From the NCBI GenBank assembly GCA_964645535.1, contig CAZYCQ010000030.1, forward strand, positions 1 to 41,192: DNA of 41,192 nucleotides. The letters run 5' to 3'. This DNA is from an uncultured archaeon (GTDB lineage Archaea; Asgardarchaeota; Heimdallarchaeia; Heimdallarchaeales; Kariarchaeaceae). The position numbers were made by a program, and so were the translations under genes. How positions within the stretch are numbered: the stretch's first letter is position 1; the number at the start of each line of letters is the position of its first letter. Positions 23,764 to 32,866 of the stretch are shown here, piece after piece. Under the pieces are notes generated by a model. The model worked only from the letters and a program-made list of their open reading frames with translations, was not told the origin of the DNA and made no database searches.

Positions 23764-26292
23764 TCAAAACACAAAGACCCGGAATTCCTCATTTTCAAAC
23801 ACGGGTTGATGGATGATTTCCACGTCTTCTAGGAACGGAAATCTTGGGACAAAGGATTTCATATATTCTGCATAGTACGCATGACTCTTATTCAACGAGA
23901 TTATAATGTGGATATTGTTTTCCACGAGAACGTCAAGGGTTTTTGTGATGTTGGTTTCACTGAAAGATATGCTGATATTGGCAAAGGAGGCGAACCAAAG
24001 GTCAATGAATCCTCGTTGGGTGAAATATTCAATTCCAGGGATATTGACACCCACCATTACATATGTTGGATCCAAGTCTAGATCATTAATAAAATTAACC
24101 ATCTCATGGAAGGCAGGTCTATTGTCATAATAGAAGAATTCTTGGTATGAGTGGACGTCATAGTCATGGAGAGAAAGATAACCTATTTGGACAAGTGTTG
24201 GACTCATCGTGAGGATAAAAAGCAGTCCGAGTTTTGATCCTCTTCCTATTCTTTTCCTGACCGGTTCAACCCAAGAGAAAAACCTTTTTTCGATTCGGGT
24301 GGGTTTGATTTGACTCGGAACTGCTACAGTCCGTCTACCCAAATGATATCTAAATCGACTATAGAAAGAAATTACAGACCACAGCAGGAAGACAAAGCCC
24401 AACAGGTAGGCAATCAAGGGCCAAATGCTTTTGTGATACTCATACCATCTATAATTTGGACTTTTGAAAATGGCATTCAATGGGATGAAAGGATAATAGA
24501 ATAAATAGTTTGTACCTAGAAGCACCAAGATCACACCTTGTTCAAATAACCCAAATTGGTGATCAAAACGGAACAGGTCAAATACATTTGCAATATCGAT
24601 TGTTTCACCATGGATTTTCGGATCGATTTTTTTCCTGATTGAAAAATAGATCTTTCTGAAAAACAAAACAGGGCTTAAACTGGCCAATGATTGCAGGAAG
24701 GAGAAAAATCCAGAAGCAGTCAGGATGGAAAGGGGCACCATGATGATCGAGAGATAACGGATGGAAGCTTGAGAGAAATATCCCATCCAGAATCCGTAAA
24801 AGGTGAACAACCAGCTCATCAGGATGAGTGCATACTTTTGGTTGGTATCAAAAAATGCTCTTGCCATTCCCCATAGTTTGAACGGCAACAGAAAGAGGTT
24901 GAATGGACTTCCAATGAAGACAACAAGTATAGTAGTGAAGAGATTGACGGTATGGCCATGCTCGAAATAGGCAAGGTCAGGAGAAACCGTGGGGAAACTG
25001 GTTCTGAAAGGGCGTGGGGGTGTTGCAAGATAAGTATTATACAGAAATTGCCGGATGGCGGAATTTTGGATCATATGATATAGCCAAGCCAATCCAGACA
25101 ATGTGGCTATGGAAATCGCCAAGAAAAAGGGTTTTATGGTTGAAGGGATTCCGACCATGTTGGTTCTAATGGAAAGTAGGAAGACACTGATGAATATCAA
25201 AATTACAGCCACACCAATCCCAATATACACATTTGTGCTTGCCTTCCTAAAGAGTAGAACGGAAATTCCCACAATGAGCAGAAATTTAGGGATCAAGTCC
25301 TTTTTTCCTCGAAGAAGCGGAAAGGAGAGTATGAGTAGTAGAGGAAAGGAATATCCAGAGATTTTGGTAAGAGGAGAAATTCCAAAGGAAAGAGCTAGAT
25401 ACAGTCCATTCCTTTTCAATCCGGAATTTTCCTTTATGCTTCTCAGGTAGTAAAGAAACCCTGCCGAAATGTAAAATGCAATTGGAAGATCCTGATAGAA
25501 AATGAATTCATGCATCATGTAATACATGAATGGACTGACAAGCAGCAAAATGCTTGCCATGGCCGCTTCGATCTTTCCAAGACCGATTTCCAAGGCAAGA
25601 TCATAGGTAATGCCTGAAAGACCTATCAGGTAAAGAACAGGTATCAGATGAGGATAAAAACCTTTGGAGATGTAGAAGACATAGGTAAAGAGCAGGGAAT
25701 TGACAGGGGGTTTGAAAGTGTAGATGAAATTAAGTGGATTGATGGTGGAAGGAATATCATCAGTCAAGTAAAAAAAGAGTGAGTTCGGAAGGTAGACATG
25801 AAGGGCATCCCATCCAGTAGGCGGAGAGAGCAGTGCCAGAATACCGTATTGGAATAAAATGAGGAAATTGACAAAAACCAGAATTCTATGGAATGAAACA
25901 TTTTCTAAGAAAAATTCATTGAGGCGGCTAAATCGTTCCTGAGAGGTTTCAGCCTTTCCGACAAATTCTGCGATCTCCTTCTGAGTGTTATCGGAGAATT
26001 CCTGAATTGAGAAAAGGTATTTCGGAAGATTTAAAAGAATAAGGCCAAGAGAGAGCGAAAGCAAGCCCATTGCCACTGCGAAATAACTAAAAGCCACTAG
26101 ATAAAGCAGTCCGTCAAGAAAAATGCCAACCAGAACCATAGGAAAAATGAGGCTTGATGTTCCTAAAATTAGGGATTCGGTGAATACACTTCTAAGATCG
26201 TTCCTCAAGGGGAAAAAACGTCCACTGAGCCTTCGTAGAAAAAAACCATTTACAAGAATTGAGAGGGGAGCAAGGAAGGCATATTGGAACAT
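23764..26292 (-). CDS. GT-C fold (ArnT/PMT-like) integral membrane glycosyltransferase
   Basis: Many TM helices; PP.GWDA..Y loop, KPP...LL, YQDLP, LTKISG and IRYLS.I.VP motifs; C-terminal extracellular domain. Confidence 0.75.
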   Translation of the reverse strand: MFQYAFLAPLSILVNGFFLRRLSGRFFPLRNDLRSVFTESLILGTSSLIFPMVLVGIFLDGLLYLVAFSYFAVAMGLLSLSLGLILLNLPKYLFSIQEFSDNTQKEIAEFVGKAETSQERFSRLNEFFLENVSFHRILVFVNFLILFQYGILALLSPPTGWDALHVYLPNSLFFYLTDDIPSTINPLNFIYTFKPPVNSLLFTYVFYISKGFYPHLIPVLYLIGLSGITYDLALEIGLGKIEAAMASILLLVSPFMYYMMHEFIFYQDLPIAFYISAGFLYYLRSIKENSGLKRNGLYLALSFGISPLTKISGYSFPLLLILSFPLLRGKKDLIPKFLLIVGISVLLFRKASTNVYIGIGVAVILIFISVFLLSIRTNMVGIPSTIKPFFLAISIATLSGLAWLYHMIQNSAIRQFLYNTYLATPPRPFRTSFPTVSPDLAYFEHGHTVNLFTTILVVFIGSPFNLFLLPFKLWGMARAFFDTNQKYALILMSWLFTFYGFWMGYFSQASIRYLSIIMVPLSILTASGFFSFLQSLASLSPVLFFRKIYFSIRKKIDPKIHGETIDIANVFDLFRFDHQFGLFEQGVILVLLGTNYLFYYPFIPLNAIFKSPNYRWYEYHKSIWPLIAYLLGFVFLLWSVISFYSRFRYHLGRRTVAVPSQIKPTRIEKRFFSWVEPVRKRIGRGSKLGLLFILTMSPTLVQIGYLSLHDYDVHSYQEFFYYDNRPAFHEMVNFINDLDLDPTYVMVGVNIPGIEYFTQRGFIDLWFASFANISISFSETNITKTLDVLVENNIHIIISLNKSHAYYAEYMKSFVPRFPFLEDVEIIHQPVFENEEFRVFVF

Positions 26293-26349
26293 TTGCTACA
26301 TTTTTCTTCATGAGTTGGAATTCAATTAAACCTTACTTTCGTACACTAG

Positions 26350-27483
26350 TCATTCCCTGACAATACAACCTTCAAGAACATCCTTGGCGTTTTCAGCTTT
26401 TTCCTGATGCATTTCAAGGAATATGACGACTCGATCGATGAGTTCAGCCTTGCAAGGTCCACACATCAAATTGCCACTTTTGCAGTCATCCCATCTTTTC
26501 CTGAGAGCTGCATCATCATCCTCGAAAGAAGTCCGGTACCAAGCGAAAACATTGCATTTTTCAGGTTCACCGCCCAATTCCTTCTGTTCAGCAATTGTTG
26601 CGCGACCTCCAGTGAATGCGCGATTGATCTTTCGTTTCACTTGCTTGGGATTGTCCGTTGTAAAAACGGTGGTATCAGGTTTACTTGCACTCATTTTGCC
26701 ACCTTCTTCCAATCCCGGGATGAACTCGGAATGAAGTGCGACAGGTTTGTAGTAGCCCATTTTTTCTGCAATGTCCCTTGTTGCCCTCCAATAGGGATCT
26801 TGATCGATCCCAGCAGGGATGAGAACCGGGATATTACGACCATGAAGCACAGATGGATAGAAGCAGGGAGCTGCTTGCATGGCGGGATGGAAAATCATTC
26901 CGATATTAGTGCTCTCAGTAAATCCGAAGATTGCCTTGGCGGTGGAGAAGGTAATACGTCGGGAGATCTCTGTTGCCAGTCTTCGGAATTTGGGTCCTGC
27001 TTCCGAATCTATGATGAATTTTGTTTTTTCCGGGTCGAAACCGACTGCAAGGATATCCAAGGCATTCTGGTAGGCGTATTTCGTAGTCTCATCATATGTC
27101 TTTGAACGATCAAGCAGGAATTTCTCGTCATCAGTCAATTGGAAATATAATTCCACATCGAATGTTTCCTGTAACCATTGAGTGAATTGCCATGGAACCA
27201 AGTGACCCAAATGGGTATTACCGCTTGGTCCCCTTCCCGTATAAAGGGCAAAATCACCACCCTTTTCGATATGATCCAATAGCCAATCGAAATCCCTATG
27301 CGAAAAGACAATTCCCCGCCGTATCATTGGATGAAGGGGTTTATCGATCAGTTTGGCCAACCTTTCCTTAAGGTCATCGGTAAAGGGCTGGGTACCGAAT
27401 TTCTTTATTAGCTTGTCGTAATCAATACGTCCTCGAACCTCCCACGGAGTCACAACTACCTCATCAAATTCCTTAGTAGCCAT
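26350..27483 (-). CDS. trpS: Tryptophanyl-tRNA synthetase (archaeal/eukaryotic type)
   Basis: VTPWEV.G.IDYDKLI..FG, YTGRGPS, HLGH, GIDQDPY.R and KMSAS. Start ATG 27483 after AGGTGA RBS. Confidence 0.97.
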   Translation of the reverse strand: MATKEFDEVVVTPWEVRGRIDYDKLIKKFGTQPFTDDLKERLAKLIDKPLHPMIRRGIVFSHRDFDWLLDHIEKGGDFALYTGRGPSGNTHLGHLVPWQFTQWLQETFDVELYFQLTDDEKFLLDRSKTYDETTKYAYQNALDILAVGFDPEKTKFIIDSEAGPKFRRLATEISRRITFSTAKAIFGFTESTNIGMIFHPAMQAAPCFYPSVLHGRNIPVLIPAGIDQDPYWRATRDIAEKMGYYKPVALHSEFIPGLEEGGKMSASKPDTTVFTTDNPKQVKRKINRAFTGGRATIAEQKELGGEPEKCNVFAWYRTSFEDDDAALRKRWDDCKSGNLMCGPCKAELIDRVVIFLEMHQEKAENAKDVLEGCIVRE

Positions 27484-27619
27484 AGAATTCACCTACAATG
27501 CTGGAAAATTGATTCTTGGATTCTGAAAAGAAGATTATATCCAAGAAAGCCATTGCCATTCCAATTGCATCGTCTCAAATTCCTTTCTGTATTGGGTTAT
27601 CTAAACCTATCGGTAAAAC

Positions 27620-28477
27620 CTATCTGCTCATTAGGAAAAGAGCCAATCGAGCAGCGACACTTTGGGAGGTTCCGGAAGGATCGAATGACGGATTAAGTTC
27701 CGTAATATCGAATCCATCAATTTTCGGCAATTTGGAAAGGATAGAGAAAACTTCGCGAGTGGAAAGACCCAACGGTTCAGGATTTCCGACCCCGGGAACA
27801 TAGGCAGGATCAAATCCATCCATGTCCAAGGTTAGGTAAATTCCATCATAGGATTCAATTCGTTCATTGACTTCAAGAAGCAGTTCTTTTTCCGTTTTGG
27901 GAGACCATTCATGAGCAAAATATTGGGAGATTTTCATTTCCTTTGCAAACTCCAGTTCTTCTCGGGATATGGCTCGGATCCCGAATTGGATCATGGAGCC
28001 AGCACCTATGGAATCAATAACCCTTCTTGCAGTACAGGCATGAGACCATCTGCCATTATATGAATCCCGCAAATCTGCATGAGCATCAAGCATGATGAAC
28101 AGATGATTTTTGTATCTTTCAGTAACAGCAGCCGTGATTGTGTGTTCCCCACCCAGAAGTACAGGCGTCTTGTCATGGGTTTGTTGAAGGATGCTTTGCA
28201 CTTTTGAGAAAAGGTCTTCCCTTCGGTTAAATGTCAGATTTCCTAAATCACAGATCATGGATTCTGCAATATCCCTTCCTGTAAAAACATTGATCGGTTC
28301 TATATTGTTTGCATAATAGCGAATGGCATCAGGTGCATCAGCACATCCTTCTCTAAAGGAGGCAGTTTCATCAAATGGCAGACCTATAACGACATATTCC
28401 GCGAGTTCCAATTCAGCCTGAAATCCACCTATGGGAAGCTCAGGATCTGTAAACCAGTCAACAAAATGAACTGCCAT
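27620..28477 (-). CDS. speB: Agmatinase (ureohydrolase family)
   Basis: GLPFD.TASFR.G, GGEHTIT, DAHADLRD, SHAC and DMDGFDP..PGVGNPEP.G motifs. Confidence 0.9.
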   Translation of the reverse strand: MAVHFVDWFTDPELPIGGFQAELELAEYVVIGLPFDETASFREGCADAPDAIRYYANNIEPINVFTGRDIAESMICDLGNLTFNRREDLFSKVQSILQQTHDKTPVLLGGEHTITAAVTERYKNHLFIMLDAHADLRDSYNGRWSHACTARRVIDSIGAGSMIQFGIRAISREELEFAKEMKISQYFAHEWSPKTEKELLLEVNERIESYDGIYLTLDMDGFDPAYVPGVGNPEPLGLSTREVFSILSKLPKIDGFDITELNPSFDPSGTSQSVAARLALFLMSR

Positions 28478-28485
28478 CCACTCAC

Positions 28486-29232
28486 CTAACTGAACAGTCG
28501 TTCGTTTGAAGGACGATTTAGTTCCCTTGCCCCAACAGTTGATGTTTCAAACTGGACATTCCTCACAATTACAAACGGGATACCCTCATCAGATTGGCCT
28601 TGCACAAGTTCGGCAGCTGATGCAATTTCATCAGCCAAGGCTATTTTCGAAACTTTCAATTCGTATCCGAACAGATCTTTCTTTCCAACGTAGTTTTTAA
28701 CTGGGTCAATGCCCGCTGATCCGATCGCAATATTCACTGCATGTCTGCGAAGTGCCCGACCCACCGTATCTGAAATGATGACTGCAATTTTTACACCGAG
28801 TTCATTAAGGACAAAGGTTCGTATTTGATTTGCCAATTCATCTGGATTTTCAGGTACGGCCACTAATCTCCCTAATCCCGCGTTTGATTCATCAATTCCC
28901 GAGTTCGCACATACGACACCGGCGTGATTTTCTGCAATCACTACGTTACGGCCGATCTTGACAATTTCTTTTGAATGTTGCAGGATTGCCTCGATTTTTC
29001 GGGGATCCTTTGAAACAATTGCTGCAATTGTTTTGGCTTGTTCAGAAGGAGTGAAATCTTCCAAGGCAAAAGAGTAGCCCATAACCCTAGAAAACGGTGT
29101 ATGAGCACATACCAATACATCGCCATCTTTAATTTGCCCAGAGAGAACCTGTTTCAGGGAAGTCCAAAGCTGATTTTCGTTTTTGACAATTGGAAACCCT
29201 GTGAGGGGAATAATTTCAATAGGATTTGACAT
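28486..29232 (-). CDS. cofE: Coenzyme F420-0:gamma-glutamyl ligase
   Basis: CANSGIDESN, ISDT.GR..R, DLFG.EL, ADEIASAAELV.GQ..EG.P.VIVR motifs. Confidence 0.88.
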   Translation of the reverse strand: MSNPIEIIPLTGFPIVKNENQLWTSLKQVLSGQIKDGDVLVCAHTPFSRVMGYSFALEDFTPSEQAKTIAAIVSKDPRKIEAILQHSKEIVKIGRNVVIAENHAGVVCANSGIDESNAGLGRLVAVPENPDELANQIRTFVLNELGVKIAVIISDTVGRALRRHAVNIAIGSAGIDPVKNYVGKKDLFGYELKVSKIALADEIASAAELVQGQSDEGIPFVIVRNVQFETSTVGARELNRPSNERLFS

Positions 29233-29244
29233 TTTCCAGGCGCC

Positions 29245-29529
29245 TTACTTCTTTTTCTCGATCTTGAATACCGCAGGACGAATCTTTTCTTTTCCACATT
29301 CTGGACATCGGGAAGGAGTCTTGATATGGGAGGCATCGAAAAGAAAGTCACAAAATTCACATTGCGGTCTTTGAACCATCAATTCGTACTCAGGGTCATT
29401 TCTCAGCGATGTTCTAATGTGGGCAATGTCTTCTTCAATTGCTCCAGCGGGTCTATCAAAAGCCCGAACCAAGTCTGCAATGGTGGCTGGTCTTTGTTTA
29501 AGGTAATTGATGATGTCTCCACGAGTCAT
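29245..29529 (-). CDS. Archaeal HTH plus Zn-ribbon transcriptional regulator (COG3357-like)
   Basis: Start moved to ATG 29529 (MTRGDIINYL); EDIAHI..SL, P.CEFCDF.F and PSRCPECG.E.I..A.F. Confidence 0.85.
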   Translation of the reverse strand: MTRGDIINYLKQRPATIADLVRAFDRPAGAIEEDIAHIRTSLRNDPEYELMVQRPQCEFCDFLFDASHIKTPSRCPECGKEKIRPAVFKIEKKK

Positions 29530-29587
29530 ACATCTTTCACAGGTAATCCTCAGATAAAAAACATGCTGTCCTGACCTAGCCGAACAC

Positions 29588-30202
29588 TCAGTACTTGTAA
29601 TCTCTTTCTTCCTTACGTTCAAGGGGACAGCCAGTGCCCAATGCCAATCTGTTGACGAAATTGAAATATGAGATGATTAAGATGATGTTCAGGATATCCT
29701 TGTCATCAAATTCTTTTGTCCGCAGGTTTGAAATGTCATTTTCGGTTATTGAATAGGGTTCAAGTGTAAGCTTTGCTGCAAACGAAATCAATGCCAAATC
29801 ACGGGTAGCCATCTGAACCTTTCCCAGAACCAGATCTTTTGGAGGAGGAGCGTCAGGCCAATGTGTAAGAAGGGCTTCATAATGATGGGTAATGCAGTAT
29901 TTGCAGGAATTGAGATAGCTGACAACTGTGGCAATAAGCTCTTTTTGCCTTCGATCCAAGTGGGTATCATCATTATACATGATGTTCATGTAAAGATCAA
30001 GATGGTTTCGTATGATTTCAGGCATCAGACTTTGACTTTGATGGATATTTGCCACTGATTTCCTTGAAGCGGCCACTCGTTTGTACATCCGTTTGAGTGT
30101 GGGATTTTCCGCTTCCTCAGGTCTTATGAATTGAATAAAAGGTACATTTGGGGGTTCATGTATCCTCGTTTCAATTTGCTCAACAATTTTCTCCAAATCC
30201 AT
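29588..30202 (-). CDS. AhpD/CMD-family peroxidase-related enzyme
   Basis: ELIATVVS.LNSCKYCITHH (CxxC..HH) and ISYFNFVNRLA.G.G. Confidence 0.88.
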   Translation of the reverse strand: MDLEKIVEQIETRIHEPPNVPFIQFIRPEEAENPTLKRMYKRVAASRKSVANIHQSQSLMPEIIRNHLDLYMNIMYNDDTHLDRRQKELIATVVSYLNSCKYCITHHYEALLTHWPDAPPPKDLVLGKVQMATRDLALISFAAKLTLEPYSITENDISNLRTKEFDDKDILNIILIISYFNFVNRLALGTGCPLERKEERDYKY

Positions 30203-30224
30203 GATTTTCCCATGGTTTAATCAC

Positions 30225-30231
30225 ATATAAA
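30225..30231 (-). promoter_or_regulatory. Putative TATA box of the AhpD-like gene
   Basis: TTTATAT on the minus strand, 29-23 nt upstream of ATG 30202. Confidence 0.55.
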
Positions 30232-30253
30232 CGTCAAGTACGGATTTTTTTCT

Positions 30254-31393
30254 TCATTCCTGCCATGATTTCCAATAATCTTCGATCAACGCCTCGCCCA
30301 GTTCTTTCGAAATGTTCAGAGGTCTTCGTGCATCAATCATAACGGCGTATTCATCTGTCATGGGCTTGTCCTGCTTGAAGGCCCTTTTTAGCGCCTTGGG
30401 ATGGGGGCCATGGGTAAATCCTCCTGGATGGAAGCTGATATAACCTTCTCCGACATTATCCCTACTCATGAAATCCCCTTGGTGGTAAAAGATAACCTCA
30501 TCATATTCGACATTGGAATGGAAAAACGGAATTTTCAAGGCATCTTCAGAGGATTCATATGGACGAGGAACAAAGCTGCACACCACAAAACCTTGACTGA
30601 TCCAAGTTGTATGGACACTGGGGGGAAGATGGTAGCGGTGTGAGTTGACTGGTCGGAAGTTCTTGATTGATAGTTTGAAAGGAGTTACATCCCCTTTCCA
30701 TCCAATGACATCGATGGGATTGTGAGGATGGGTGAAATGAGTATATTGACCTTGGCGTTTGTATCTGACCACCCATTCCCTGTCATCATCAATAGGTTGG
30801 GGTTCGGGTGTTTCGAGTATGGCTGGATCGAAAAGGGCAGTTGGGCCCAACATTCCCCGATCCGGAATCTGTACCTCTTCAGTACTTTCAATCAGCAGAA
30901 AATGGTTATCTCTTGTTTCAGGCACAAGCCGGTAAATTGTTCCCCTAGGGATGACGATATAATCGCCCCGTTCAAAATTGAGCGGACCGTAAATGGTCTC
31001 CATTACGCCCTTACCTTGATGAACAAACCAGATGTCATCTGAATCTGTTGATTTGTAATAGAATGGCATTGGTTCAGACCGCATGGAGATACGGATCTTC
31101 AAGTCGGCATTTTCCATTATGGTCAACGGGCTGCCCCATGGATCTGTTTTGTCGGTAGGAGTTGCCTTATTGGAATCGATCATGTATGGCTTGAAAGGTC
31201 CGTCAATTTTGGTAAAGTCTGTTGGAGGGTTTTTATGATATAGATGGGAAACCTTGCCGAAAAACCCTTGACGACCATGTTCATGTTCATATGTGGGAAT
31301 TCCGTCAATTTCCTTAAATCCAGCATGAGCCTGCTTGACAGTTTTCCCTTTAACCAGTGGAAAGACAGGCAAATAGCGATTTCGGTCTACCAT
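30254..31393 (-). CDS. hmgA: Homogentisate 1,2-dioxygenase
   Basis: GDYIVIPRG, DVIGW.G, HLPPSVHTT, CSFVPR, PFFHSN.EYDEV.FYH.G and HPGG..HGPHP (Fe ligands H, E, H); near hppD. Confidence 0.93.
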   Translation of the reverse strand: MVDRNRYLPVFPLVKGKTVKQAHAGFKEIDGIPTYEHEHGRQGFFGKVSHLYHKNPPTDFTKIDGPFKPYMIDSNKATPTDKTDPWGSPLTIMENADLKIRISMRSEPMPFYYKSTDSDDIWFVHQGKGVMETIYGPLNFERGDYIVIPRGTIYRLVPETRDNHFLLIESTEEVQIPDRGMLGPTALFDPAILETPEPQPIDDDREWVVRYKRQGQYTHFTHPHNPIDVIGWKGDVTPFKLSIKNFRPVNSHRYHLPPSVHTTWISQGFVVCSFVPRPYESSEDALKIPFFHSNVEYDEVIFYHQGDFMSRDNVGEGYISFHPGGFTHGPHPKALKRAFKQDKPMTDEYAVMIDARRPLNISKELGEALIEDYWKSWQE

Positions 31394-31447
31394 ACTGTAC
31401 TGAAGTCTGCTATAGTAATAAGTATTTTCAGGAGCAAATGAAAAGTT

Positions 31448-32785
31448 CTAACTTCTCTTGCGACGAATGATCGGGATTGCTGCTAAAACAGCCATCATTC
31501 CAAGTAGGGGCAATGATCCGTTGTCCTTGGTGCTTTCCTCAGTTGCTTCAGTCACGGTCAGGACTGCCGTATCTGTAGCAGAGTTTCCTTTGGCATCAGT
31601 TACCGTGATGGAGAACTCATAGGTTCCCACCTCCAATGAACTGAAATCGGGAGAGATCTTTTGACCAAACTGCCATTCTCCAGAGAGAACCTTTGTTCCA
31701 TTCTGAGACAGTTCAAAAGTGCCTCCGAAAAGATAGCCTCCGACAATCCATCCGAAACCAGAACTTTCCAGTTTATTGATTGGAACAGTTAAATCATCCT
31801 GTGGAGTCAGTTGGACATCACCATCATAGTCGAACACTTGGATTCTATAATTTCCTTGATCTGCAACAGCCACCCTTTTGTTTGTCGCGTCAAATGCGAT
31901 GCCGTCAGGAGAGATGAAACGTCCTTGTTCAGTTCCGGCGAAACCGCCAAATGACGCAATTGGCTTATAGGTATCCCTATCGAAAATGATGACACGGGAA
32001 TACTGTGAAGAGGAGGCACTATCAGGGCCTTCATCGACTGCAAGGATATTGCCATCACTATCCAATGCCAATCCTTCATAATTCATCGTGGCATACTCTT
32101 TTCCGAATACCGTGATCTGGGTTTGATTGCTCAATCCATATACCGCGATCTGTCTTTGACCTTCAAGAGACACATAAAGAAGATCCCGGTCAGCATCGAC
32201 CACCATATTTTCAGGGGTTGAGAATTGGGGAAGAGCAATTTCGCCTTGATAGACCCCATTTGAGTTGAAAATCAAAACCTTATTGTTTGGTTGGTCAGTT
32301 ATGTAAATATCACCGGTATCTGGATTAACCGCCAAACCTTGGGTATCTCTTTCCTTTTCATCGCCAGAAATGGCAGGCATGGAGACCACAGTGTTTGGAG
32401 AAGTTCCATCATGGTCAAAGAAGTAGAGGTTTCCCGCTTTTTCCACCACTACAATCGTTCCATTCGGCAATTCACCAATTCCCTGCACTTCATTGTTGAC
32501 AGCAGTTTCTATTGGAGTAAACCCTGTCATTTCCCGCAGGAAATTGCCATCTTTGTCAAAGACTTGGACTCGGAGGTTCACGGTATCGCCTGCATAGATA
32601 TTTCCCGTAGAATCTATGTAAACACTGTCAGGTTCATCAAATTGACCCTGAGCCGATCCCTGTTCCCCACCAATGACCAAGATCGGTTCAAGGGATCCAG
32701 TAAGAAGATCATCCTGCGCCTTCACCGGGAATGACGCAAAGAAGATGAGTAAAATGACTGCAAAAGCTTTTCTTCTCATTTTCAT
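31448..32785 (-). CDS. Secreted NHL-repeat beta-propeller with Ig domain and CTERM-like anchor
   Basis: Signal peptide; NHL repeats (GQFDEP..V.ID..GNIY.GD..N.RVQVFD; GRFISPDGIAFD..VAVADQGNYRIQVFD); Ig segment L.VGTYEF.ITVTD.KGN.ATD; ends SLPLLGMMAVLAAIPIIRRKRS. Confidence 0.85.
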   Translation of the reverse strand: MKMRRKAFAVILLIFFASFPVKAQDDLLTGSLEPILVIGGEQGSAQGQFDEPDSVYIDSTGNIYAGDTVNLRVQVFDKDGNFLREMTGFTPIETAVNNEVQGIGELPNGTIVVVEKAGNLYFFDHDGTSPNTVVSMPAISGDEKERDTQGLAVNPDTGDIYITDQPNNKVLIFNSNGVYQGEIALPQFSTPENMVVDADRDLLYVSLEGQRQIAVYGLSNQTQITVFGKEYATMNYEGLALDSDGNILAVDEGPDSASSSQYSRVIIFDRDTYKPIASFGGFAGTEQGRFISPDGIAFDATNKRVAVADQGNYRIQVFDYDGDVQLTPQDDLTVPINKLESSGFGWIVGGYLFGGTFELSQNGTKVLSGEWQFGQKISPDFSSLEVGTYEFSITVTDAKGNSATDTAVLTVTEATEESTKDNGSLPLLGMMAVLAAIPIIRRKRS

Positions 32786-32866
32786 GGTTATCTATCTATC
32801 TATTTCAAACAATGTTTTATACCTTTTTCAGAAGCCTTAGACTAAAGAGAGAAGCATAGATCACAC

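Noticed and set aside
26407-27105. 232-aa ORF antisense to trpS
   Set aside because: Shadow of a conserved gene with no recognisable motifs; the same applies to the many other 60-170 aa antisense or alternate-frame ORFs in the track.
29530-29622. N-terminal extension with an extra CERC motif on the HTH-Zn-ribbon regulator
   Set aside because: Overlaps the upstream AhpD-like gene; the family normally begins at the MTR-like Met (29529).
32789-32802. (TATC)3 microsatellite upstream of the NHL gene
   Set aside because: Too short to support phase variation; expected by chance in AT-rich intergenic DNA.
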